Shown in pieces: positions 27,777 through 35,599 of a stretch of 64,000 bases of DNA. Where the stretch lies: assembly GCA_965207015.1 (NCBI GenBank), contig OZ242257.1:461253-525252 (forward strand). Reading direction: 5' to 3'. Source of the stretch: Nitrospirales bacterium. GTDB taxonomy: Bacteria > Nitrospirota > Nitrospiria > Nitrospirales > UBA8639. Below the pieces are notes generated by a model. The model made no database searches and was not told the DNA's origin. It was given only the letters and a program-made list of their open reading frames with translations. A program made the translations under genes and the position numbers. The first letter of the stretch is position 1, and every line of letters begins with the position of its first letter.

Positions 27777-27962
27777 AGGGGCTTTATGGCGACGGTCTCT
27801 TGTCTGATAACGAATGAATGCTCGTTAAATGGGCGTTGCAAGTTTGTCGTCTCGCCATTGATGGGGGGGAGGGACACAGCCGACAGAATTCACTAAAAGC
27901 CAAAATTTTAGTTTTGAACTGTCTCCTTGACAAATAAGCTTGAGCTTTGAGGCAAAATTCCT

Positions 27963-28718
27963 TTACTCAAGCATCTCGTCATCTGTGAAAATCAGCAGCG
28001 TGAGAATCTCGTCGTTGCCTGGAATGTAACGCGACTCTTCATAAATTTCGTAGTTCTCTGCACCTCTGCGGTCAAACCAAATATCCGCACTAATCGGTAT
28101 ACGGTCGCTACATTCAGCCTCGTCCATAGCATAACGGGTTGGGTCGAGATCGTTGCGGGGAAACCACCGGTCTGGAATATAGTGCGATCGATAGAACCAT
28201 TTTCGGTTCCTTACGGTGTGACAGAGCAGGATAGCAGGCTCAGGTCCATACTCTATCAACCGAAGAGCGGTCGCAGTGATGCTAGTCTGGAATTCCGTCC
28301 GCAGGGTTTCCACGGCCTGAAAGGAGACTTTGCCAATTTCAAGCGCCATCGGTTCAAAGAGGTATTCAGGCATCAGGAGATCAGCAGCGTAACCATCAGC
28401 GATGCGTTCCGGGTCCGGAAAACTTTTCTTCGGGTTATTAATGTCATCTGATAAGCAGATCAAGGAGCGTCCTCGATCGTAATGCCAGTGACCCAACTCG
28501 TGTGCTGCCGAAAATCTCCGCCTAGCGGAAGTCGCTTGGCTATTGACCGTGATTACTGCGCGGTTGTTTGAACCAATAATACGGCCTTCGCAGCCGTTGA
28601 GCGGGCGATACTTAATGGTTGCTCCGACATGATAAGCGATTGCTTCAATGTCAATGTCCTTGGCAGCTGTGACACTAAGCTCTTTGAGGAGTTTTTCCGC
28701 TGGTGAAAGTTGATTCAC
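27963..28718 (-). CDS. ImmA/IrrE family (DUF955) zinc metallopeptidase
   Basis: HEXXH in RRFSAAHELGHWHYD and downstream ERIADGYAADLLMPEY. A C-terminal domain of about 110 aa of unknown role follows. Confidence 0.85.
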   Translation of the reverse strand: MNQLSPAEKLLKELSVTAAKDIDIEAIAYHVGATIKYRPLNGCEGRIIGSNNRAVITVNSQATSARRRFSAAHELGHWHYDRGRSLICLSDDINNPKKSFPDPERIADGYAADLLMPEYLFEPMALEIGKVSFQAVETLRTEFQTSITATALRLIEYGPEPAILLCHTVRNRKWFYRSHYIPDRWFPRNDLDPTRYAMDEAECSDRIPISADIWFDRRGAENYEIYEESRYIPGNDEILTLLIFTDDEMLE

Positions 28719-29152
28719 TTTACGTTGCCCTCGTCATCAATCATGCCAAGGTCAATGAGATCTTCAATAAAGCTGTCCATATCTGCTTCGGAGTCTTTCT
28801 CTTGACGCGCGGCAAGGGTTAACTTTTGTTTTAGTGTGTCGTTGTTCTGCGCGAAGTGCTGGATTAGCTGGTGTTTGCGACTCAACGGCCAGTACAATAC
28901 CTTATTCCCATGACCGGTTTGGTGCATCTCAGCTTCATAACCAGCACGCGCTGTTTCCATTTTCTGGCGGCCAAACTTTGCAATGGCATCAGCAATTAGC
29001 CCTCTCGTCCGCTTGGCAATCGCATCGGTGTCTTCGCCAGCTTCTTGCAGTTCGGCCATTAGTTCTTTATCACTCATGGCGTCTACATCGTCGGCCAATG
29101 CGTTGCAAAGTCGCTCCAACTTTTCAATTGCCTCATTCTGATTCTTATTCAT
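28715..29152 (-). CDS. acidic, predicted all-helical hypothetical protein (candidate partner/anti-sigma)
   Basis: 145-aa ORF. It overlaps the upstream gene by 8 nt and the downstream gene by 4 nt. No HTH or known motif is recognised. Confidence 0.6.
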   Translation of the reverse strand: MNKNQNEAIEKLERLCNALADDVDAMSDKELMAELQEAGEDTDAIAKRTRGLIADAIAKFGRQKMETARAGYEAEMHQTGHGNKVLYWPLSRKHQLIQHFAQNNDTLKQKLTLAARQEKDSEADMDSFIEDLIDLGMIDDEGNVK

Positions 29153-29726
29153 GGGTCAGGCCTTTCGGAAATTCGCGTAGAAGCTTGCGTTGCACGCGCT
29201 TTCGCGCTGCTGCGTACTCTTTCTCGCTCATGGACTCCATTTCACGGATTTCGTGCGGAGTCCAATCTTCCATAATGCCGATCACAATCGCCTGGGCCTT
29301 AGGGTCTTCGCTGAACATCGCCTCGATTCCGGCAAGTGCCTTGCCATAGTCGAGATGTCCTACGACAACCTCTTCCAGCGACATTGCCGGGTCAGGTGCG
29401 TTGACAATGGGATCGTCTCCATCACCCTCGCTAGAATTGCTGGGTGTTTCCCGCTTCCACTTCTCACGTGCATGGGAAGCAATGCTCTTCATCACGTTGC
29501 ACAAGAAAGTCGCTAGCTTCACGTCACGGGGGCAGTTACGGCCACCGTTCTCTTCAAGGGAACGCATCACAGCTTCCTGCAGGAGGTCGTTTGGTTCCAT
29601 GCCGGTGCCTGGTGCTAAGAAAGATGCCTCTTTCTGGAGGCGTGTCAGATCGGTCGGTTGCAAAGCCTCAAGCGCCGACCGCATCTCGGCAGGAGAGAGC
29701 ACTTCACGCTGTGGAATGGCTTCCAC
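29145..29726 (-). CDS. ECF sigma-70-like protein (regions 2 and 4 recognisable)
   Basis: DLLQEAVMRSLE...TFLCNVMKSIASHAREK resembles sigma region 2. TPHEIREMESMSEKEYAAARKRVQRKLLREF resembles the region 4 HTH. Confidence 0.5.
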   Translation of the reverse strand: MEAIPQREVLSPAEMRSALEALQPTDLTRLQKEASFLAPGTGMEPNDLLQEAVMRSLEENGGRNCPRDVKLATFLCNVMKSIASHAREKWKRETPSNSSEGDGDDPIVNAPDPAMSLEEVVVGHLDYGKALAGIEAMFSEDPKAQAIVIGIMEDWTPHEIREMESMSEKEYAAARKRVQRKLLREFPKGLTHE

Positions 29727-30036
29727 CGATTCAAAATCCTCCTTTCAACTCTTTAGGCCGAATTCAACGGGCCTTCCGGACAATTTTCTGAAATTTTTCT
29801 GGATTCTTGTGTCCGAGACGGCGGCTTTCGGCGGCCTAAGGTAATAGAGGCACAAGTCTCGGCCATTATTGAGTCCCAAATTGGGGAAGCGGCAGCGTAC
29901 CACCTGATAGGGATGAAGCGTAACACACATAAACGGCCATCTGGAAGTCCAAGAGTCGAGACATGCCTCTTTCTTTATCTTTTGAAAGCATATCGTTAAC
30001 CGGAAACCCTTTGGGGCCATTTTTAAGGAGGAAGCA

Positions 30037-30783
30037 ATGCCAGAAGTAACTGAAAGAAATGAGGTCGAAGATTTGGAGGAATGCGCGCGTGAGGATCGCA
30101 CACCGCGAGTCGGACATTGGTTTCGGGTGCGGATCAATGACAATAGATTCGTCGTCACCGATCCCGTTATTACGGGGCGACAGCTTCTCGACGAAGCTGG
30201 GAATCGGCCGGTCGAAGATTTTTTAATCTTTCTGAAACTGCGCAATGGGCTGCTGGAGGAGATCAGGCTTGACGAAACCGTTGATCTACGAAAGCTAGGC
30301 GTAGAGAGGTTCCTGGTGTTCAAGAGCGACCGGAGCTTCCGTTTCGAGTTGGATGGTCGGCGATTCGAATGGGGGGCGACCCTTATTACTGGGCGAACGC
30401 TGAAGAACCTTGCGGATGTGGACTTGGAAAGGTATGGGGTCTGGCGTGAAGTCCGTGGTGGCGAGGACCTCCCTATTGGTGACGATGAGTTTGTCGATCT
30501 CAGCGAGGAAGGGTTAGAGCGATTCTTCACGGCATCCCACCCTACCGCCACATTCGAGATCATCGTGAACGCACGTCCGCATACGGTAACAGGTCGGAAG
30601 GTGACCTTCGAACAGGTGGTAGAGTTGGCGTTTCCCAACTATCAACCAAATCCAAACATCGTGTTTTCGATGACCTATCGCCACGCCGCTTCTAAACCTC
30701 ATGCTGGCGAGCTTGGTGCTGGGGGTGTCGTCGAAGTGGACAATGGAACCGTTTTCAATGTCTCAAGAACTGATAAGTCGTAG
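30037..30783 (+). CDS. multiubiquitin-type protein with three tandem beta-grasp repeats
   Basis: AAGGAGG SD 7 nt upstream. Three internal repeats of about 70 aa (about nt 30118-30336, 30337-30540 and 30550-30780) share the F.[VFI].[IL][ND]...F/H.[VW]...ITGR..L pattern. Confidence 0.75.
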   Translation: MPEVTERNEVEDLEECAREDRTPRVGHWFRVRINDNRFVVTDPVITGRQLLDEAGNRPVEDFLIFLKLRNGLLEEIRLDETVDLRKLGVERFLVFKSDRSFRFELDGRRFEWGATLITGRTLKNLADVDLERYGVWREVRGGEDLPIGDDEFVDLSEEGLERFFTASHPTATFEIIVNARPHTVTGRKVTFEQVVELAFPNYQPNPNIVFSMTYRHAASKPHAGELGAGGVVEVDNGTVFNVSRTDKS

Positions 30784-31936
30784 TCCCGATTTGAAGCGTC
30801 TTCGTGATGAAGGATACTTCGTGCAGATACGAGGAGGTCTCCTCATCATGCGCGGAGTGCCCTACGTCAATGCGCTACGGCAGGTGCAGGAGGGAGTGCT
30901 GATCTCCAGCCTCACGCTCGCCGGCGACATCACCTCGCGACCGGACACGCATGTCGTCCACTTCGACGGCGACTACCCTTGTGGAGCAGATGGTACGCCT
31001 ATCCAGCAGATTATGAATCAAAGTGGAGACTTCGACCTTGGTAATGGCGTAACAGCAAAACACATGTTCTCAAGCAAGCCTAGTGAGGGATACCCCGACT
31101 ATTACCAAAAGATGACCACCTATGCCAATATCCTTTCAGGGCCTGCAACGACTTTGAAGCCCGGGGTCACCGCACGGATATTCCGCAATCCTGAAGACGA
31201 GGAAGATAGCATCTTCAGGTACGCAGAGACCGCATCCGATCGAGTGGGTATCGGCAGGCTAACTGAGCGGTTGGCAGAAGAAAAAATGGCTATCGTTGGC
31301 CTTGGCGGTACTGGGTCTTACGTGCTTGACCTCGTGGCCAAGACGCCGGTCCGAGAGATTCGACTTTTTGACGGCGATGAATTCTTGCAGCATAACGCCT
31401 TCCGTTCGCCGGGCGCTCCGTCCATTGAAGAACTGCGCGATGCACCGATGAAAGTCAATTACCTAAAGAATATTTATTCAAGAATGCACAGCAAAATCAT
31501 CGCCCATCCCGCTCCTATTGACGCAAGTAACGTCAACCTGCTGGACGGTATCACTTTCTCCTTCATATGCATGGACGGAAATGAAACCAAACGACTCGTC
31601 GTCGAAAAGCTTGAGGCTCTTAACGTGCCCTTCGTCGATACTGGTATGGGTCTCAACCTGAGTGACGACTCGTTGGGCGGTATTTTGAGGGTCACCGCGA
31701 GCACGCCAGCGAAGCGCGACCACATTCAGCGCCGCATATCTTTCGCTGTCGACGGGCAGGATGACATCTACGCGTCAAACATTCAGGTCGCCGATCTGAA
31801 CGCGCTGAATGCGGCAATGGCCGTCATCAAGTGGAAGAAAATTCGGGGTTTCTACCGAGATGATGATGGTGAGCATCATAGCACCTACACGATCGACGGC
31901 AACATGCTGCTGAATTGTGATTGCCGACAGCAATGA
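30758..31936 (+). CDS. E2-like N-terminal domain fused to a ThiF/MoeB/E1-type adenylyltransferase
   Basis: GLGGTGS nucleotide loop (31298-31318) and ThiF-like core. The N-terminal domain of about 190 aa has HVVHFDGDYPCG (Cys codon 30980-30982). The start is ambiguous (30743 or 30758), and both overlap the upstream gene. Confidence 0.8.
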   Translation: MSQELISRSPDLKRLRDEGYFVQIRGGLLIMRGVPYVNALRQVQEGVLISSLTLAGDITSRPDTHVVHFDGDYPCGADGTPIQQIMNQSGDFDLGNGVTAKHMFSSKPSEGYPDYYQKMTTYANILSGPATTLKPGVTARIFRNPEDEEDSIFRYAETASDRVGIGRLTERLAEEKMAIVGLGGTGSYVLDLVAKTPVREIRLFDGDEFLQHNAFRSPGAPSIEELRDAPMKVNYLKNIYSRMHSKIIAHPAPIDASNVNLLDGITFSFICMDGNETKRLVVEKLEALNVPFVDTGMGLNLSDDSLGGILRVTASTPAKRDHIQRRISFAVDGQDDIYASNIQVADLNALNAAMAVIKWKKIRGFYRDDDGEHHSTYTIDGNMLLNCDCRQQ

Positions 31937-32373
31937 TGCGATATTCTTATCTCAAACATCAGTTCGTACGGCACATTCCGCGTGACCTCGATCCAGGGGT
32001 GCTCTACATTTCAGTGGAATACGGTACAGCCGCACATAGTTGCTGTTGCGGGTGCGGTGAAGAAATCGTAACACCCTTTACACCAACCGACTGGGAAATG
32101 ACGTTCAATGGCGAGACGATTTCGTTATGGCCGTCGGTTGGCAACTGGAATCTAGCTTGTCGCTCCCACTACGTGATACAGCGCGGACAGGTGATCAAGG
32201 CCACGCCATGGAGCGATAGGCAAATCGTAGCGGGGCGTAGAAGGGACAAAGCGGCAAAGGCTCGCTACTTCGGCACAGGGGAGGTGCCTGCGGAAGCTGG
32301 ACGTGTGTTAACTCGCCCGGGAACTAGAGGCTTATGGTCTATGATCTTGCGCTGGATCTCCAAATCCAATTAA
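31933..32373 (+). CDS. Cys-rich DUF6527-like protein
   Basis: ATGA overlap with the E1 stop. AAHSCCCGCGEE (32041-32055) plus LACRSHY, a probable Zn site. The pattern matches my recollection of DUF6527 proteins next to ThiF/multiubiquitin genes. Confidence 0.6.
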   Translation: MMRYSYLKHQFVRHIPRDLDPGVLYISVEYGTAAHSCCCGCGEEIVTPFTPTDWEMTFNGETISLWPSVGNWNLACRSHYVIQRGQVIKATPWSDRQIVAGRRRDKAAKARYFGTGEVPAEAGRVLTRPGTRGLWSMILRWISKSN

Positions 32374-32393
32374 GGCACTATTTCCATGGTCAA

Positions 32394-34142
32394 TTAATCC
32401 CTTTTCTTTTCTCCTCTCGCTGGCTCTTCACTGTCCAGCACCAACGCCTCATGCAACATCGACTCAATCAATCGACCCCGCGCCTCGTCACCTGTGACAA
32501 GACTCGCCTCCAGCCGGTTACATAGGGTCATGAGTTCATCGACTTTGGCGACGATGCGGTGCTGTTCGGCGAGTGGGGGGAGATGAATAGAGAGTGGATA
32601 AATATCCTTATTGTTTATCTGAGGAACGGAAGTCCCAGAATTTAGCTTCCACAAATCCAGGTTGCTGAACCACAACTCCAAAAACGGAAGGAGATCGTTC
32701 ACAAATGGCTTCATAGCCATGATATTACTGTCGCAAACAATATTTACATGCAACCTGCGTTTTCGATTCGTTGCAATAGCCCCGCCCCTTTTTGGAAAAA
32801 CAATGCTTCCACTTTCGATCACGGCATCTTTCAGATCGTGACCAACAAATCTTGAGGATGTAACTATACCTTTATCGTTCTCAGTCAAGCTCAAATCCGA
32901 AACTTTCAAATATGGAAGGTCTCCAACAGCCTGCTCTTCACCGTGCTTAAGAGCTATACCGCTTCTCAGGTAGGCTATCTGGGAGATTGAGGTTTTGCTC
33001 CAATTTTGTGGCAACTGACGTGCAAATTTTTCATTCAAACCCCTGACAGTTGATTTTGCGCGGGGTATTTCCCCCGTCTTTACTAGCCGATCTTTCTCCG
33101 CCGCGATTCGCTTCAACAGCTCCGATGCTGGTTCGTCGTTCGGGTCTTGTGGGACGAGCTTGCCGCGTACGGCGAGGTTGAGGATGGTCTGGCGCAATGC
33201 TTTGATTTGGTCTGGGCGGGTGGTGAGCGGGGTGAGGTTGTTGAGAGCGAAGCGTGCGTGGTTCTGAAATGTCGCCGGGTCCGGGTCGGGTTCGTTGAGA
33301 CGGGCGAGGCTCGCTGTCGCCATCCGGTCGCGTGTCGCCTCTCGTTTCGCTCGCGTTTCCTCTAGTTGTTCGCAGAGGGCCATGAATTCGTCGACTTTGG
33401 CGACGATGCGGTGTTGTTCGGCGAGCGGAGGGAGGGGGATCAATGACTCATATAACTGATGGGCTTTAACATTTTGCACCGTCATCTTAGCTGTCTCGTC
33501 TTTCCACTTCTCGATGCGAGTATTGACGCCAAAGAGCAGCCATACGGAAAGCAAATCATTTGAGGCAGGAGTGATTCGAGCTATTCGTTGATTCAGGAGT
33601 GCTGTAGGTCCCTCCCATATGGCGCACTTGATTGAACCACTCAACCCGACAAGGATATCGCCACGATTTACCACGAAGGCTAGATCATACGGTCCCCTGA
33701 GAAAAACCGTTGGTGTGTTCGTTCCGATATCGCCTATCTTGATAAGTGGATACCCCGTGTTCGGGTCATTTGAGAAATTTCCTGAGGAAAAAGCAAAGCC
33801 TTGCACGATGATTGCGCTTGATCCGAGACGTATCCACTCCCAGTTGTGTGGAGTGTCGAAGGGGATTTCATCGAGTGCGATTTCAGGAAGAAGTTTTTCC
33901 TTTTTGATTTCCCCCGCCGCCATTTTCCGCTTTTTTTCTGCCGCAATCCGTTTCAACAACTCCGAGGCCGGTTCGTCGTTTGAGTCTTGTGAGACGAGCT
34001 TGCCGCGGACGGCGAGGTCGAGAATGAAACGGCGCAGGCGAGGGATGGCGTTGGGCGTGTCGGCGATGCGGTCGAAGTGTGTGAGGAGGTGTTCGACGGG
34101 AGCTGGATTCCCGCTTTCGCGGAAATGACAGTTGGGCTTCAC
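32394..34142 (-). CDS. hsdS: type I restriction-modification specificity subunit
   Basis: Two target-recognition halves separated by duplicated conserved helices (LPPLAEQHRIVAKVDEFMALCEQLE and LPPLAEQHRIVAKVDELMTLCNRLE). GTGA overlap with hsdM. Confidence 0.9.
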   Translation of the reverse strand: MKPNCHFRESGNPAPVEHLLTHFDRIADTPNAIPRLRRFILDLAVRGKLVSQDSNDEPASELLKRIAAEKKRKMAAGEIKKEKLLPEIALDEIPFDTPHNWEWIRLGSSAIIVQGFAFSSGNFSNDPNTGYPLIKIGDIGTNTPTVFLRGPYDLAFVVNRGDILVGLSGSIKCAIWEGPTALLNQRIARITPASNDLLSVWLLFGVNTRIEKWKDETAKMTVQNVKAHQLYESLIPLPPLAEQHRIVAKVDEFMALCEQLEETRAKREATRDRMATASLARLNEPDPDPATFQNHARFALNNLTPLTTRPDQIKALRQTILNLAVRGKLVPQDPNDEPASELLKRIAAEKDRLVKTGEIPRAKSTVRGLNEKFARQLPQNWSKTSISQIAYLRSGIALKHGEEQAVGDLPYLKVSDLSLTENDKGIVTSSRFVGHDLKDAVIESGSIVFPKRGGAIATNRKRRLHVNIVCDSNIMAMKPFVNDLLPFLELWFSNLDLWKLNSGTSVPQINNKDIYPLSIHLPPLAEQHRIVAKVDELMTLCNRLEASLVTGDEARGRLIESMLHEALVLDSEEPARGEKKRD

Positions 34143-35596
34143 CGGATCAACGCCTCCGCCAGGATCTTCTTCAATTGGTCGCGCAGGTCGGCGGTTTCGG
34201 CTTCGGTCTTGCTCAGCTTTGCCAGCAATTCCTGCGGGTCACCGTGGTTGTCTTCGGCGGTATGTGGGTTTTTGATGTCGAGGTTGTAGCCGCGTGCCTT
34301 GATCTCTTCAGCAGTCACCTTCCAGGCGCGGTCAGTTTCCTTGCGGCCTTTGCGGTCTGCGCCGCCCCACCAGTCGATGCAGGGTTGCAGGTGTTCCAGT
34401 TTGATGGGTTTGGTCATGGAATAGGCTTTCTGGCCTTCGGGGACGCGGTGTTCGTAGAACCAGATATCTTTGGTCGCTTCGCCTTTCTCGAAGAACAGCA
34501 GGTTGGTGCCGATGGAGGCGTAGGGCCTGAACACGGAGTTGGGCAGGCGGACGATGGTGTGCAAGTTGCACTCCTCCATGAGATGTTCCTTGAGCCGCGT
34601 CTTGACGCCTTCGCCGAACAGCGAGCCGTCTGGCAGGACGACCGCGGCGCGCCCTCCCGGCTTCAACAGCCGGACGATCAGGGCAAGGAACAGGTCTGCG
34701 GTCTCCCTGGTACGGAAGTGCTGGGGGAAGTTGGTCTCGATGCCGTCTTCTTCCTTGCCGCCAAAGGGCGGGTTGGTCAGCACAACGTCCACCCGGTCCT
34801 TCTTCTCCCAACCGATGTAGGGCTTTGCCAAGGTGTTGTCGTGGCGTACGAAGCCTGGGTCCTCGATGCCGTGCAACAGCATATTGGTGACGCATAGCAT
34901 GTGCGGCAGTTGTTTTTTCTCAACGGCGCGCAGTGCGGCTTGCATTTTCCGTTCGTCTGAGGGCCGCTTGACGTAGCGGTCGCGCATGTGGCGTATCGAA
35001 CAGGTCAGGAAGCCGCCCGTGCCGCAGGCGGGATCGAACAGAGTTTCACCGGGCTTGGGATCGATGCGGTCGGCCATGAAGGCGGTGACGGCGCGCGGCG
35101 TGTAGTATTCGCCCGCGTTTCCTGCGGATTGCAGGTCGTTGAGGATTTGTTCATAGATGTCGCCGAAGTGCTGGCGCTCGGTGAGGTTGTTGAAGTCGAT
35201 GCCGTTGATCTTGTTGACCACCTGGCGCATCAATTGGCCGGACTTCATGTAGTTATTGGCGTCCTCGAACACGTCGCGCACCACGCGGCCTCGGTCTTCC
35301 GCATGGCTGGTCGTCCGGAGATCCTTCAGGGCCGGGAACAGGTCGTTGTTGATGAAGGTGAGCAATGCTTCACCGGTGATGCCCTCGGGGTCGGCTGCCC
35401 AGGCGCGCCACCGGAAGCGCGCCGGGATCGGGGAGGCATAGTCCGACTTCATCAGTTCTAGTTCCTGATCCTGATCGTCGATGATTTTGAGGAAGAACAT
35501 CCAGCACAACTGGCTGATGCGCTGGGCGTCGCCGTCCACGCCGGAGTCCTGGCGCATGATATCCTGAACGGATTTGACGAGAGTGCGGACGGACAC
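34139..35596 (-). CDS. hsdM: type I R-M N6-adenine DNA methyltransferase subunit
   Basis: LTNPPFGGK (motif IV) and DPACGTGGFL (motif I). Confidence 0.95.
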   Translation of the reverse strand: MSVRTLVKSVQDIMRQDSGVDGDAQRISQLCWMFFLKIIDDQDQELELMKSDYASPIPARFRWRAWAADPEGITGEALLTFINNDLFPALKDLRTTSHAEDRGRVVRDVFEDANNYMKSGQLMRQVVNKINGIDFNNLTERQHFGDIYEQILNDLQSAGNAGEYYTPRAVTAFMADRIDPKPGETLFDPACGTGGFLTCSIRHMRDRYVKRPSDERKMQAALRAVEKKQLPHMLCVTNMLLHGIEDPGFVRHDNTLAKPYIGWEKKDRVDVVLTNPPFGGKEEDGIETNFPQHFRTRETADLFLALIVRLLKPGGRAAVVLPDGSLFGEGVKTRLKEHLMEECNLHTIVRLPNSVFRPYASIGTNLLFFEKGEATKDIWFYEHRVPEGQKAYSMTKPIKLEHLQPCIDWWGGADRKGRKETDRAWKVTAEEIKARGYNLDIKNPHTAEDNHGDPQELLAKLSKTEAETADLRDQLKKILAEALIR

Positions 35597-35599
35597 GGG

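Noticed and set aside
27786-27896. A 36-aa Cys-containing ORF (MATVSCLITNECSLNGRCKFVVSPLMGGRDTADRIH) with a GGAGG-like sequence upstream, just inside the left island border.
   Set aside because: The apparent SD belongs to the end of the 153-bp repeat. There is no supporting motif or conservation evidence, and the length is within chance expectation.
30709-30726. An internal GELGAGG diglycine in the third beta-grasp repeat, as a possible ubiquitin-like processing or conjugation site. The protein itself ends in ...SRTDKS rather than GG.
   Set aside because: The motif lies in the middle of the predicted fold, with about 18 residues including further strands after it, so cleavage there would destroy the domain. 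How the C-terminus is activated remains open.
32394-34142. A possible phase-variable hsdS shufflon, suggested by the duplicated conserved helices inside hsdS.
   Set aside because: The duplicated helices are the normal bipartite HsdS architecture. No second (silent) hsdS copy, no inverted repeats between target-recognition domains and no recombinase gene is present.
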